Assembly (NCBI GenBank): GCA_964035545.1
Contig: OZ037770.1
Span: 2,822,662 to 2,886,661 of the forward strand
Source: Bugula neritina
Lineage: Eukaryota; Animalia; Bryozoa
Direction of reading: 5' to 3'
Length of the DNA: 64,000 bases
Shown here in pieces: positions 63,789 to 64,000 of this stretch. The notes beneath the pieces are model-generated. The model ran no database searches and had not been told where the DNA came from. It was given only the letters and a program-made list of their open reading frames with translations. Each line of letters starts with the position of its first letter. Within the stretch, counting starts at the first letter, position 1. Made by a program: the position numbers and the translations under genes.

Positions 63789-64000
63789 TTTATCGGCAAT
63801 TTTTATGAAAAATCGGCCTGTGTACATGTAGCTTTAGTCTAGTATTTTCTCAAACAAATAGAAGGTGCTGAAAAGTGAAAACCAATATACAGAGAGATGC
63901 ATGCCACTGCTATGAAACTAGGTCACAGGGTGAAGATACACTGAATAGGATACATGATACTTGAGTAAAGTCTCTGATGTAGAGTCTCACTTTATACTTT

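Overview
AT-rich, intron-rich metazoan (probably invertebrate) genomic DNA. Three spliced host genes can be assembled in frame: the 3' end of a rootletin/CROCC-like gene (+, 94..16906), an alpha/beta-hydrolase-fold gene with a non-canonical nucleophile elbow (-, 24664..17854) and a DUSP8/16-type MAP kinase phosphatase (+, 42504..61431). The standout is a 7.7-kb DNA transposon (1762..9463) in a rootletin intron. It has about 992-bp colinear terminal inverted repeats and an AT target-site duplication. It carries two convergent spliced genes, each starting just inside a TIR: a THAP-HTH-DDE transposase (ISL2EU/Harbinger type, one frameshift) and an intact SAP-like/SWIM/YqaJ (lambda-exonuclease-fold) nuclease. 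The window also holds several MITE families (one nested, one whose end has been amplified into 29-bp minisatellites), a 1.6-kb 15-bp satellite built from a splice-donor consensus, two GC-AG introns, a near-perfect ~70-bp hairpin and a strong excess of AP-1 (TGASTCA) motifs. All calls were made by eye from the sequence; no searches were run.
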